From an uncultured Acidobacteriota bacterium (GTDB taxonomy: Bacteria; Acidobacteriota; Thermoanaerobaculia; Multivoradales; SZUA-115), in assembly GCA_963805975.1 (NCBI GenBank), contig CAWDVR010000005.1:608001-672000 (forward strand): a DNA stretch of 64,000 bases. Reading direction: 5' to 3'. Below the pieces are notes generated by a model. It saw only the letters and a program-made list of their open reading frames with translations. It did no database searches and was not told the DNA's origin. Below are positions 1 to 12,361 of this stretch, piece after piece (the first letter of the stretch is position 1; the number at the start of each line of letters is the position of its first letter). A program made the translations under genes and the position numbers.

Positions 1-222
1 AGGCTCTCCTTTCCGAGACCCAGGCCGACGACCTCCTGGTTCTCGACCTGGCACTCGACCGCCTGGCGGCGGCGAACCCTCGCGGTGGCCAGGTGATCGA
101 GCTGCGCTTCTTCGCCGGCCTGGACCTCGAGGAGACGGCTCAGGTTCTCGGTGTATCGCTCAAGACCGTGCAGCGGGACTGGCTGGCCTCGCGCGCCTGG
201 CTGCGCAAGGAGCTCGAAGGCT

Positions 223-233
<11 letters not shown>
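1..233 (+). CDS. ECF-type sigma factor, C-terminal part (region 4), kinase-associated type; 5' truncated by window edge
   Basis: Frame 3 reads LDLALDRLAAANPRGGQVIELRFFAGLDLEETAQVLGVSLKTVQRDWLASRAWLRKEL; TGA at 231-233 overlaps the kinase start. Confidence 0.9.
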
Positions 234-2728
<2,495 letters not shown>

Positions 2729-2745
<17 letters not shown>

Positions 2746-3814
2746 CCGGAGCGGCCTTCTTCGCGCCCCGCGGCAGCGTGCCGGCGAGGATCTGGAGGGT
2801 CGTCCCGACGCAGGCGGCGAGCGGCTTCTCGTCGGCGACTCCCCGGCCGGCGATCGCGAAGGCCGTGCCGTGGTCGACCGAGGTGCGCAGGTAGGGGAGC
2901 CCCAGGGTCCAGTTGGTGGCGAGCCCGAAAGCCGCGGTCTTGACCGCGATCAGGCCCTGGTCATGGTAGAGGGCGAGAACCCAATCGAACTCTCCTCCTG
3001 CGGCACGGGCGAAGAGCGAGTCCGGGCTCTCCGGGCCGTGGGCGTCGATGCCCAGCTCGCGCGCCGCGGTCACGGCGGGGAACACCTGCGCCCCGTCTTC
3101 GCTGCCCAGAAGCCCGCCCTCGCCGGCATGCGGGTTCAAGCCCGCGACGGCGATCTTGCCGCCGGCGTGCCGGTCGAGGCAGGCGAGCGCCGCGAGCAGG
3201 CGGGTCGGCTCGACCTGGCGGATGGCCTCGACGAGAGGCACGTGCGTCGAGAGCAGGGCGACCTGGAGGGTCGGCGCGAGAAAGGCCATCAGATAGTCGC
3301 GGCCGTAAAGCTCGAGCCCGGCGGCGGCGGCCAGGTAGTCCGTGTGGCCGGTGAACCCCGGCAGGTGGTGACGGTCGATGACCGACTTCGAGAGAGGCGC
3401 GGTGACCAGGGCGTCGGCCACTCCGGCACGCACCAGTGCCGCGGCGGCATCGAGCGCGGCGAGGGCGCCGGCGGCGTCCGCCGGGCCCGGTGCGCCGGGT
3501 ACGACGGCTCGTGGCTCGGCCACGGGATCGAAATGGGCGACGGCTTGGCGGTCGAGAGCCTCCAGATCCGCGCGCGACGGAGGGGAGCCGAAGGTCGAGA
3601 TCCGCTCCCAGCCCAGGTGAGGAAGGACGGCGGCGAGCGGTTGCAACGCGGCGCGCTCGGCGACCAGGAGCGGCCGGTAGCTCGCGGCCGGCCGGCTGGT
3701 GATGGGCCGGGGCGCGGCGAGCGCCAGCTTGGCGAGGATCTCGGGGCCGATGCCGGCGGGATCGCCCTGGCTGAGAGCGAGGATGGGGAGGCCGGGAGGA
3801 AAGCCGGGGCGCAC
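2729..3814 (-). CDS. pdxA: 4-hydroxythreonine-4-phosphate dehydrogenase
   Basis: GDPAGIGPE, GHTDY, GLNPHAGE, YHDQG and RTSVDHGTAF motifs. Confidence 0.95.
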
Positions 3815-3825
3815 GGCCGTGCGCC

Positions 3826-4191
3826 CTACGAGTCCTCGCCGCCGTGGACGGCGGCGCGCTCTTCACCGCTCTTGCGGCCCCGCCGCTTCAGCTCTTCTTC
3901 CTTGAACATGTAGCGGATGCTGTGCTTGGTGATCAGCAGGTTCGGCCCGCTGTGACGGTTGAGCTTGATCGAGCCCTTGTCGTACCACTCGATCCAGCCG
4001 CGCAGCTCCTCGTCGTTCGAGAGGATCACCACCATCGGCGTCTTCGCCGCCATCTGCTTGAGGTAATAGAACTCCTCGGCGTTGGTCTGCTCGGGTGGAG
4101 TCTGCTTGCGGCGGACGGCGCGCGAGGAGGCGTCCTTCTTGAAGTCGTTGGCGTCGGGGCGGATCAATTTGCGGTTGCTCATGCCGTTCAT
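3826..4191 (-). CDS. Hfq/LSm-like RNA chaperone
   Basis: KTPMVVILSNDEELRGWIEWYDKGSIKL...LLITKHSIRY resembles the Sm1/Sm2 core (YKHAI equivalent); start at 4191 or 4182. Confidence 0.75.
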   Translation of the reverse strand: MNGMSNRKLIRPDANDFKKDASSRAVRRKQTPPEQTNAEEFYYLKQMAAKTPMVVILSNDEELRGWIEWYDKGSIKLNRHSGPNLLITKHSIRYMFKEEELKRRGRKSGEERAAVHGGEDS

Positions 4192-4955
4192 ACGCTCGAG
4201 GAAGCAGAAGATGTGGGCTCTGCGGACGCGGAGTCCGGGGCGCCGGCAGCCGGGCGCTTGCGGTTCTTTTCGTAGTTGTGGTCCTCGTACGCCAGGCAGC
4301 ACAGCAGGCGGCCGCACTGGCCCGAGATCTTCGAAGGGTTGAGAGAGAGGTTCTGGCGCTTGGCCATCGAGATCGAGATCGGCTGGAACTCTTTCAACCA
4401 GGTCGAGCAGCAGAGCGTGCGCCCACAGACACCGACGCCACCCAGCAGGCCCGCCTCGTCGCGCGCTCCTACCTGCACCATCTTCACCCGCAGCGAGAAG
4501 CGGCCGGCAAGATCGCGCACCAGTTGGCGGAAGTCGACCCGCCCCTCGGCGGTGAAGAAGAACGTGCCGTGACGGCTGTCGAGGCTCAAGTCGACCCGCG
4601 ACACCTTGATCTCCAGGTTCAGGCTTCGCGCCCGCTCCTGGCAGAAACGCTTGGCCGTGAGCTCACCCGTGACCTGGCGGTCGTGAGCGGCGGTATCGGC
4701 CTCGTCGGCGAGGCGCAGGATCGGCCGTGCGCTCGATTTCTGGCACGGCTTGAACACCGGCATCGGCGACTTTTCGACCTGCCCGAAGCTGGGCCCGCCT
4801 TCGAGGTCGACGATCACCGGCTCCCCCTTGGCGTAGATCACACCGCGGGTGGAGCAGAGGGTCAGGTTGGTCTCTTCGCGGAAACGAACGCCGACATAGC
4901 TGTCTTCGACAGCAGTCGACATCCCTTTATATGCGCAACCGGAGCATCCGGACAT
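4188..4955 (-). CDS. ricT: PSP1-domain Fe-S protein (RicT/YaaT family)
   Basis: FFFTAEGRVDFRQLVRDL, GARDEA, GVCGRTLCC and KISGQCGRLLCCLAYE motifs. Confidence 0.9.
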   Translation of the reverse strand: MSGCSGCAYKGMSTAVEDSYVGVRFREETNLTLCSTRGVIYAKGEPVIVDLEGGPSFGQVEKSPMPVFKPCQKSSARPILRLADEADTAAHDRQVTGELTAKRFCQERARSLNLEIKVSRVDLSLDSRHGTFFFTAEGRVDFRQLVRDLAGRFSLRVKMVQVGARDEAGLLGGVGVCGRTLCCSTWLKEFQPISISMAKRQNLSLNPSKISGQCGRLLCCLAYEDHNYEKNRKRPAAGAPDSASAEPTSSASSSV

Positions 4956-5142
4956 TTGGGCCTCACCGCTTCATGCATGACGGGTACCAGGGTTGAATGG
5001 CACGGCAGCCCGCGCTCTCCCGAGCGCGCCGGAAGCAGAGCCGAAAGGGAATCCGATGGCGCCGTGAAGCGCGGCCATTATGGCAGCCGCTTCACTTCGA
5101 AGTCAAAGTATCCTGTTCAGCGGTGGAGGTTTACCTTCACTT

Positions 5143-6441
5143 CTAAGCCGTCGTCGAGCGACGGCCCGGGCTGGCCTCGAGCACTCGGCGACCGATGTCG
5201 GAGCGCAGCACCTTGCTCGGCCAGTGAATCTCGGCCGCCGCGCGGTAGGCCCGGCGGAGGGCCTCGACCAGCCGGTGCCCGGTGGCGCAGACGTTGAGCA
5301 CCCGGCCGCCGGCGGTCAGGAACTGTCCGTCGCGCTCTGCCGTGGCGGCATGGAAGATCTCGACGCCCGGGTGTGCGGAGGCGGCCTCGATGCCTTCGAT
5401 CGGCTCGCCCTTGGCCGGTTTGGCGGGATAGCCGGCCGAGGCGAGCACCAGGCAGGCCGCCGCCTCCCGGCGGAAGCGCAGCCGCGCCGAGCCGAAGTTG
5501 CCCTGCGCCCCGGCGGCCAGGGTGGGCAGCAGGTCACCTTCGACGCGCAGCATCAGGGCCTGGGCCTCCGGGTCGCCGAAGCGGGCGTTGAACTCGAGCA
5601 CCTTGGGGCCGTCGGCGGTGAGCATCAGACCGGCGTAGAGCACGCCGGTGAAGCGCCGGTTCTCTGCCGCCATGCCGGCGAGCGTCGGCCGCAGGATCTT
5701 CTCCATCACCAGGGAGCCGTCGGCTCGCGACAGCACTCCCGAGGGACTGTGGGAGCCCATGCCACCGGTGTTGGGCCCGGCGTCGCCCTCGCCCAGCCGC
5801 TTGTAGTCTTTCGAGGTGGCGCAGGGGAGCAGGCGCTCGCCGTCCGAGAGCGCCATGAAGGAGACTTCCTCGCCTTCGAGGCAGCGTTCGACGACCACGC
5901 GGTCCGCCGCTGCGCCAAAGCGGCGCTCGTCGAAGAAGGCGAGGATCGCCTCTTCCAGCTCGCCCGGATCGCGGATCACCATGACGCCCTTGCCGGAGGC
6001 CAGGCCGTCGGCCTTGAAGACCACCGGCAGGCCGATCTCGCGCGCCGCGCGCCGGGCTTCCTCGCCGTCGTGGGCGAGGACGAAATCGGCGGTCGGGATG
6101 CCGTGGCGCTGCATGAACTGCTTGGCGAAGGCCTTGCTGCCCTCGAGCTCGGCGGCGGCGCGGGAGGGTCCGAAGACGGCCAGGCCCCGGCTCCGGAGCT
6201 CGTCGGCCAGGCCCAGCGTCAGAGGAAGCTCCGGGCCCACCACCGTGAGGTCGATCTTCAGCCCGGAAGCGAAGTCAGCCAGGCGGTGGACCTCTTCCGC
6301 GGCCATCGGCACGAGGTCGGCGATCTCGCCGATGCCGGGGTTTCCCGGAGCGCAGTAAAGCTCTTTCAAATCATGGCTTTGGCGTAACTTCCAGCAGAGG
6401 GCGTGCTCGCGCCCGCCGCCGCCGACCACCAGTACCTTCAT
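5143..6441 (-). CDS. purD: Phosphoribosylamine--glycine ligase
   Basis: Starts [15 protein letters not shown]; [33 protein letters not shown] and [10 protein letters not shown] motifs; ATG overlaps the pta stop. Confidence 0.97.
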   Translation of the reverse strand: MKVLVVGGGGREHALCWKLRQSHDLKELYCAPGNPGIGEIADLVPMAAEEVHRLADFASGLKIDLTVVGPELPLTLGLADELRSRGLAVFGPSRAAAELEGSKAFAKQFMQRHGIPTADFVLAHDGEEARRAAREIGLPVVFKADGLASGKGVMVIRDPGELEEAILAFFDERRFGAAADRVVVERCLEGEEVSFMALSDGERLLPCATSKDYKRLGEGDAGPNTGGMGSHSPSGVLSRADGSLVMEKILRPTLAGMAAENRRFTGVLYAGLMLTADGPKVLEFNARFGDPEAQALMLRVEGDLLPTLAAGAQGNFGSARLRFRREAAACLVLASAGYPAKPAKGEPIEGIEAASAHPGVEIFHAATAERDGQFLTAGGRVLNVCATGHRLVEALRRAYRAAAEIHWPSKVLRSDIGRRVLEASPGRRSTTA

Positions 6442-7439
6442 CCGTCCCTCCGCTCGGTCGTGCCCAGCGCTGTGGCTGCCATCACGTCGAGGATATCGTC
6501 TACCGAGCAGCCGCGCGAGAGGTCGTGGATGGGCGCCGCGAGCCCCTGGAGCAGGGGCCCCACGGCCCGCGCCCCGGCCAGCCGCTCGGTCAGCTTGTAG
6601 GCGATGTTGCCGGCGTCGAGATCGGGAAAGACCAGCACGTTGGCCCGCCCCGCCACGCCCCTGCCGTCCCCGGCCGGCACTTTCCGCGCCGCGACCTCCG
6701 GCACCAGGGCGGCATCGGCCTGGAGCTCGCCGTCGACGGCGAAGCTCACCCCGCGGCGGGAGAGGACGGCCAAGGCCTGACGGACCTTCTCGACCCTCGG
6801 ATGGCTGGCGCTGCCGTGGGTCGAGAAGGAGAGGAGCGCTACCCGCGGCTCCTCCCCCAGGAGGGTGCGGCAGCTCTCGGCCGCCGCCTCGGCGATGTCG
6901 GCCAGGGCCTCGGGGTCCGGATCGGGGACCACGGCGCAGTCGCTGTAGACGAGCGGCTCGCGGTCCGGGAAGGCCATCAGGAAGCACGACGACACCCAGC
7001 GCAGGCCGGGTTTCGGCCCCACCGCGCGCAGGGCGGCCTTGAGGGTCGTGGCGGTGGTGGCCACGGCCCCCATGACGGCGCCGTCGGCGCGGCCGGCCGC
7101 CACCAGGAGCGCGGCAAAGTGGAGCGGATCGGCCGCCAGCTCGGCGGCGCGGCCGGCCGGGCCCTGTGCCTTGAGGCGCCGGGCGAGGAGCTCCGCGAGC
7201 CGCGGGCGGTCCGGGTCCGTGGCGGGGTCCAGCACCTCGCAGCCGACCGGGCCGCCAGCCGCGAACTCCACGCGCTCCCGGTCGCCCACCAGGATTGGCG
7301 TGCAGAGGCCGCGCTCGAGCGCCCGGAGGGCGGCCGTCGCGACCCGCGGGTCCTCTCCCTCGGCGAGGACGATCCTGGCGCGCCGCACCCGGGCGCGCAC
7401 GTGGAGGCGGTCGAGGACCGCGAAGCCCGAGGGGGACAT
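6438..7439 (-). CDS. pta: Phosphate acetyltransferase (phosphotransacetylase)
   Basis: [30 protein letters not shown] and [12 protein letters not shown] motifs. Confidence 0.92.
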   Translation of the reverse strand: MSPSGFAVLDRLHVRARVRRARIVLAEGEDPRVATAALRALERGLCTPILVGDRERVEFAAGGPVGCEVLDPATDPDRPRLAELLARRLKAQGPAGRAAELAADPLHFAALLVAAGRADGAVMGAVATTATTLKAALRAVGPKPGLRWVSSCFLMAFPDREPLVYSDCAVVPDPDPEALADIAEAAAESCRTLLGEEPRVALLSFSTHGSASHPRVEKVRQALAVLSRRGVSFAVDGELQADAALVPEVAARKVPAGDGRGVAGRANVLVFPDLDAGNIAYKLTERLAGARAVGPLLQGLAAPIHDLSRGCSVDDILDVMAATALGTTERRDG

Positions 7440-7582
7440 GGCCGGCGATGGTAGTGGCGCGCGCAGGCCAAGGCAACGGGACTGTCCCCCGGAAGCCTCC
7501 TCCCCGCATCAAGAAGGTACAGGCAACCCGCCTTGGTATATGCATATTGCAATCAACGGCAGCAATGACTGAAGGAGGCCCC

Positions 7583-8365
7583 ATGTCACGGACCCGATGC
7601 GCCTTGCTCGCAGCTCTCCTGGTCGCTCTCCCGGCTCTGCCGGCAACGGCCCAGGGCACCTTGCCGGTGCAGGAGGTGGTCAACCAGACCTTCTCGGCCA
7701 CCAGCAACGTCCTCACCGTGGCCTGCCCGGCCAACACCAAAGTGATCGGCGGCGGCTGCAACGATTTCTACACCTCGACCCTGCTCCGCACCTCGGCGCC
7801 CAACGGCGAGGGTTGGCTCTGCGTGTGGGAGGACTACGCCGGCCTGGGCTTCGCCGCCCACGCCTTCTGCCTGGCCGGCAACGCCAACGTGGGCCTGCAG
7901 GCGGTGACCACCACCACCTTCGCCGCGACCAGCAACGGGCAGGTGGCCACCTGCCCGGCCGGCAAGCGGATCATCGGCGGCGGGTGCAACGACCTCTTCA
8001 CCTCGACCGAGCTGCGCACCACCGTGCCGGCCAGCAACACCCAGTGGTACTGCGAGTGGGAGGATGCCCAAGTCGGAGGCATCCCCCTGGGCTTCAGCAC
8101 CACGGCCTTCTGCATGGACAGCTCGATCAACGTCGGCCTGCAGACGGTCAGCACCACCACCTTCGCCGCCACCAGCAACGTGCAGACGGCCACCTGTCCT
8201 GCGGGCAAGAACCTGATCGGGGGCGGCTGCTACGACTTCTTCAACTCCACCCGGTTGCGCACCGCGGCCCCTTACGGCAGCGAGACCTGGCTCTGCGTGT
8301 GGGAGGACTACCAGTCGGGCGGCGTCGGGCTGGGGTTCGGCACCTACGCACTCTGCAGCAACTAA
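7583..8365 (+). CDS. Secreted protein with three tandem Cys-containing ~60-aa repeats
   Basis: GAAGGAGG RBS; signal peptide; three copies of TF.ATSN...CPA....IGGGC.D....LRT..P....W.C.WED. Confidence 0.85.
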   Translation: MSRTRCALLAALLVALPALPATAQGTLPVQEVVNQTFSATSNVLTVACPANTKVIGGGCNDFYTSTLLRTSAPNGEGWLCVWEDYAGLGFAAHAFCLAGNANVGLQAVTTTTFAATSNGQVATCPAGKRIIGGGCNDLFTSTELRTTVPASNTQWYCEWEDAQVGGIPLGFSTTAFCMDSSINVGLQTVSTTTFAATSNVQTATCPAGKNLIGGGCYDFFNSTRLRTAAPYGSETWLCVWEDYQSGGVGLGFGTYALCSN

Positions 8366-8410
8366 GGGGGCAGCAACTAAGGGGGGCAGCAACTAAGGGG
8401 GCAGCAACTA
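8355..8410 (+). repeat. 15-16 bp tandem repeat GCAGCAACTAAGGGG(G), three full copies plus one partial
   Basis: Directly visible; the first unit contains the stop codon of the upstream gene. Confidence 0.95.
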
Positions 8411-8444
8411 GGCTGCGAGCCAACCGGGCTGAGCCGGCCGGCGC

Positions 8445-9260
8445 TCAGCCCTTGAGCACCAGGCTGCCGGTGGGCTGGGGCACGCCGCCTGCCGGCTCGA
8501 CGGTCACCGCCCAGGCCTGGATGGACTCGGGCGGTGCGATGCCGCCCACGTCCAGCCTGCCGGAGCCTCGCGGGTCGACGGCGAAGGTACCGGCCGAGAC
8601 CGGTTTGCCGTCCGCGATGAACCAGAGCTGGTAGGTCTTCTCGTCCGGCAGGGCAGGCAGGTCGTAGGCGAGGAACAGGGCCCGCCGGCGCTCCGGATCG
8701 ACGTAGGTACGGCCGTGCGCGGCGGCGCCCTCGGCGAGGCCGGCCAACGCCACGGTGTGGCCGTGGGGCGCGGAGACGATCTCGAGCGCCGCGGTGGCAT
8801 AGGCGGTCTCGGAGCGCACCCGCTGGACCTCGGCACGCAGGTTCCCGAGCTGGGCCTCGAGCCGTGCGCGTTCGGCCTGCAGCCCCTCGACCTCGCGCCG
8901 GAGGGCCTGCCAGGAGGAGAGGCCCCCGGCCGCGAGCACCAGCGCCGCCGCCGCGGCCAGGGCGGCGAGCCAGCGGCCACGCCCCGGCCGGGGCTCTGCG
9001 GCCCCGCTGGTGGCGGGCGTGATCGCCGCCGGCTGCCGGATCGCCTCCAGGATCGCCGAACGCACGGCGGCCGAGGGCTCGACGGGCGGCGCCTCGGCGG
9101 CCAGCCGCTCGAGGTCCCTCCCGAGGAGGCCGAGCTCCCGCTGGCAGGTGATGCAGCCCGCCTGGAGATGAGCGGAGAGCTCCGCCAGCTCCTCGCCCTC
9201 GAGCGCACCGAGAGCGTAGGCGGGTAGCAGCTCCAGGAGCCTGTGGTGCTCGTCGCTCAT
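8445..9260 (-). CDS. rskA: Anti-sigma factor, RskA family
   Basis: LLPAYALGAL...HLQAGCITC zinc motif, TM helix, coiled coil, YQLWFI and AVTVEPAGGVPQPTG. Confidence 0.9.
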   Translation of the reverse strand: MSDEHHRLLELLPAYALGALEGEELAELSAHLQAGCITCQRELGLLGRDLERLAAEAPPVEPSAAVRSAILEAIRQPAAITPATSGAAEPRPGRGRWLAALAAAAALVLAAGGLSSWQALRREVEGLQAERARLEAQLGNLRAEVQRVRSETAYATAALEIVSAPHGHTVALAGLAEGAAAHGRTYVDPERRRALFLAYDLPALPDEKTYQLWFIADGKPVSAGTFAVDPRGSGRLDVGGIAPPESIQAWAVTVEPAGGVPQPTGSLVLKG

Positions 9261-9829
9261 CACGCTCTGCCGCTTGCCTGTAGGGCCTCGCGCAGCTTTC
9301 GCATGCCGAGCAAGACCCGGGATTTCACCGTTCCCAGCGGCGCCGCCTGCCGGTCGGCGATCTGACGCTGGTTGAGGCCCTCGAAGAAGGCCATCTCGAT
9401 CGCCGTGCGCTGCTCGGGGGGCAGCAAGTCGAGCGCCGAGCGCAGCCGGTCTCCGTCCTCCACCGCCTCCAGGCGCCGGGTCCCCACCGGCGGCTCGATC
9501 GAGACCAGGCCGGAGGAGTCGAACGACGTCTGCTCCCGGCGGCGCCGGGCATCCTGCGAGCGCAGCCGGTCCAGGGCCCGCGAGCGCGCCAGCATCAGCA
9601 GCCACCCGCGGGGCGTGGCGAGGGTCGGCCGGAAGCGGTCGGCCTCGCGCCAGACCTGGAGAAAGACCTCTTGCAGGACCTCCTCGGCCACGCCGCGAGA
9701 TCCCGCCATGCGGGTGAGGAAACCGAGCACGACGGGGGCGTGACGGCGGAACAGCTCGGCGAAAGCCTCCTCATCGCGTGCTGCCACGCGGCCGAGCAGG
9801 AAGGTGTCGTCGAGAGGTTCGGGAGGCAT
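9260..9829 (-). CDS. ECF sigma factor (SigK-like)
   Basis: AEEVLQEVFLQVW region 2; LGTVKSR region 4; coupled to rskA. Confidence 0.93.
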   Translation of the reverse strand: MPPEPLDDTFLLGRVAARDEEAFAELFRRHAPVVLGFLTRMAGSRGVAEEVLQEVFLQVWREADRFRPTLATPRGWLLMLARSRALDRLRSQDARRRREQTSFDSSGLVSIEPPVGTRRLEAVEDGDRLRSALDLLPPEQRTAIEMAFFEGLNQRQIADRQAAPLGTVKSRVLLGMRKLREALQASGRA

Positions 9830-9856
9830 CGCTGAAAGTCTTGGCCGGACATGAGC

Positions 9857-10666
9857 TTACGGCTCCGGCACCGCAAAGGTCAACGAGGTCCAGAGGCTCT
9901 CCCAGTCAGCGCCGGAGCCGGCCGGAGCCTCGAACATGTGCGTGGTGACGATGGCCCAGGGTCCGCTCCGCGGCAGCCGCAGCCGGACGCGGCCGTCGGC
10001 GTCGCTCACCGCGGAGAGGTCCGGGACGGAGCCGTCGAGCGGGAAGGCGTCGACCTGCAGGCCGGCGAGCGGCTGGCCCCGGTAGAGCACTCTCACCTCC
10101 AGGGGCTCACCGGCAGGGAGGCGAAAGGGATCGACCTCCGCCACCAGCTCGAGGTCGAGGCCCAGCGGCCGGTCCGCGCTCCGGCGGCCGGCACCGACGT
10201 CGATCAACGCCTTGAGGCTCCGCGAGTAGCGCTCGCGCCCCGGCTCCGCGCTCTGCCCGCGTCGCCGGCGCAGCGCCTGGACCTCGGCGAGGCCCTCTTC
10301 CTCGAGATAGGCCTCGAAGCGGTCACCGGGAAGCTCGGACTTGGCGTAGTTGGTGCGGTAGGCGATGGCCAGGAGGCCCTCCTCCGCGGGTCGGAGCAGG
10401 CCGGCAGGGTCGGCACCGTCGAGGCCCAGGATCGGCTCCTCTCCTCGGGCGGTGAAGGCGCTGAAGCGCACGATGCGCGCCGGGTTGCGAGGCACCGGAT
10501 CGACGCCCTTCCGGGGATGGCCCACCCGCAGGCAGACCTGCACCAGTTGCTCCGCCCGCGGTGTGAAGCTCGAGGGCTCGATCCACATGTCGTGGCCCCA
10601 AGCAGGCAGGGCGAGCATGGTGACGAAAGCGCCGAGAACGGCGGCGGTGAGCTTGCGGTCGAGCAT
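9857..10666 (-). CDS. DUF4198-like periplasmic protein
   Basis: Signal peptide followed by HDMWIEP; ERYSRSLKAL; WESLWTSLTF C-terminus. Confidence 0.8.
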   Translation of the reverse strand: MLDRKLTAAVLGAFVTMLALPAWGHDMWIEPSSFTPRAEQLVQVCLRVGHPRKGVDPVPRNPARIVRFSAFTARGEEPILGLDGADPAGLLRPAEEGLLAIAYRTNYAKSELPGDRFEAYLEEEGLAEVQALRRRRGQSAEPGRERYSRSLKALIDVGAGRRSADRPLGLDLELVAEVDPFRLPAGEPLEVRVLYRGQPLAGLQVDAFPLDGSVPDLSAVSDADGRVRLRLPRSGPWAIVTTHMFEAPAGSGADWESLWTSLTFAVPEP

Positions 10667-10718
10667 GGCGGGCACTCTCCCGGCCTGCGATCGAGAGGTT
10701 GAAGGTCTGTAGGACGAA

Positions 10719-10748
10719 CCGGGCGCGGGAGTTGGGTTCCGCGCCCGG
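10719..10748 (-). terminator. GC-rich stem-loop between the DUF4331-like and DUF4198-like genes
   Basis: CCGGGCGCGG-N10-CCGCGCCCGG perfect 10-bp inverted repeat; no clear U-tract. Confidence 0.5.
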
Positions 10749-10763
10749 CTCTTGGCAGAGAGC

Positions 10764-12236
10764 TTACGGCGAGCCGGGCAGCGGCGTCGTCAGGTAGGGG
10801 AAGGTGGCGTCGAACTGGCTCGGGTCCTGGAGCGTGCCGTCGGTGAACGGCAGGTTGCCCGAGGGCGCATCGGCCGGATCGCAGAACACGCCGGGGAAGG
10901 CATGGCAGAGCAGGCCCATCGCCACCCGCAGCTCGACGTCCACCACGTCGTCTCCGGGCCGGCGGCCGTTCGGGAAGCCGGCGTTGTCGCCGCCGATGAC
11001 GCCCAGGTTGTTCTGCTGCGCCTTCGGGGTCGCCGGGATCGAGGTGTTGAGGCGCTGCATCTCACCGAAGCCGAACTCGTTGAGGCCGCTGATGCCGGTG
11101 ACGAAGGCGGCCAGGAGGTCGGTGCGGGGGAAGTTGTTCGGCGCCCGCACGCCGGCGCCGCCGAAGAGGATCTCGAGCAGCTCGGGCAGCGTCGGGTTGG
11201 TGACGTAGGTGGCGAACTGGACGTCATTTTCCGGGTGGCTGGCGTTGAAGCGGTCCTTGTCCTTGAGGCCGATCACCACCTCGTTGACCAGCGGCATCCC
11301 CAGGCGGGAGACCTGCACGAAGTCGCCCGAGTCATTGGTCGGGTCGCGGAAAGTGGGGTCGTCGCGCAGGGCGCGGTTCCTCATCAGGGAGGCGGTGGTC
11401 CAGGCGCCGAAGACCGGGTTGTTGCCGCGGGTCAGGCAGTTGGCCGGCACCTCGATGGCGAAGGTGGTGATGTTCTTGTCCTCGAGGTCCGAGGGCACGG
11501 CGTCGCGCGGCCCCAGCGGGTTGGCGATGTTGACCAGGTCGAAGACCTGCCCGAGGTTGACGGCGAACGGCTCCTTGCGCTGGCCGACAAAGACCCGGCC
11601 GGTGGCGATGCCGCAGCCGGGGATGTTGATGTCCTGGATGAAGCCGTTGGCGTAGGCGGCGTAGTTCGGGATCGACTTCTGGCCGATGTTGTCGACCGGC
11701 TTGCCGAAACGGGTCGAGCCGGTCTCCGCGTTGGCCACTTCGGTGACGGTGCGGGCCGGATTGTCGACGCCGCCGCGGATCAGTTGCAGCGTGTAGGACT
11801 CGACCACGTTGAGCGCGCCCGTGCCGAAGGCGCCGCCCAGCGGGCCGGCGTTGATGAGCGGGATGGAGACCGTCTGGTTGCCGACCGGGATGGCGATGTC
11901 GCGGAGAGCGATGGCGATGCGAAACTGGAAGGTGATGTCGTCGCGGCCGTCGCCCGAGTTGTCGACGTGGATGCGGTAGAGGGCGTCACGGTCGAGCGTG
12001 AAGTAGTTGGGGCCGCCGTAGGCGTCCTGGAGCGGCACGTAGTTGGCGATCAAGGTCACGTAGCCCTCGCGGCCGGGCTCGTAGCTCATGAAGGCGTAGA
12101 AGTCGGTGCCGTCGGTCTTCGGGTGCTCGGTGATGAAGGGCGCCTCGCGATGGCTGGACGCGACGGCCGATCCGGCCAGCGCCAGCGTTGCGAGCGCGGC
12201 AGCCATGCCGAGCCAGGTGGGTTTCGAGAGCTTCAT
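10764..12236 (-). CDS. DUF4331-family secreted protein
   Basis: ASSHREAP, TDFYAF, QVSRLGMPLVNE and GFPNGRRPGDDVVD motifs. Confidence 0.9.
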   Translation of the reverse strand: MKLSKPTWLGMAAALATLALAGSAVASSHREAPFITEHPKTDGTDFYAFMSYEPGREGYVTLIANYVPLQDAYGGPNYFTLDRDALYRIHVDNSGDGRDDITFQFRIAIALRDIAIPVGNQTVSIPLINAGPLGGAFGTGALNVVESYTLQLIRGGVDNPARTVTEVANAETGSTRFGKPVDNIGQKSIPNYAAYANGFIQDINIPGCGIATGRVFVGQRKEPFAVNLGQVFDLVNIANPLGPRDAVPSDLEDKNITTFAIEVPANCLTRGNNPVFGAWTTASLMRNRALRDDPTFRDPTNDSGDFVQVSRLGMPLVNEVVIGLKDKDRFNASHPENDVQFATYVTNPTLPELLEILFGGAGVRAPNNFPRTDLLAAFVTGISGLNEFGFGEMQRLNTSIPATPKAQQNNLGVIGGDNAGFPNGRRPGDDVVDVELRVAMGLLCHAFPGVFCDPADAPSGNLPFTDGTLQDPSQFDATFPYLTTPLPGSP

Positions 12237-12361
12237 TGCGGATTCTCCTCCATGAGGTTTCGTTGCCGGGTGCGTGACTCGAGATCAGCGTTCAGCTCGG
12301 GATACGGAGCGGCTCCGCGCGCGGATGAGTCCGCGCGCCAGATGGAGGCGGGCGCCCCCGG

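Noticed and set aside
4998-5013. TGGCACG as a sigma54 promoter near ricT
   Set aside because: No GC at the -12 position and wrong orientation for the adjacent gene
5143-7761. 872-aa ORF as a PurD fusion
   Set aside because: The N-terminal half is an off-frame read of pta; PurD begins at its canonical MKVLVVG at 6441
8355-8410. Short repeats as a CRISPR array
   Set aside because: Units are contiguous 15-16 mers with no spacers and no cas genes
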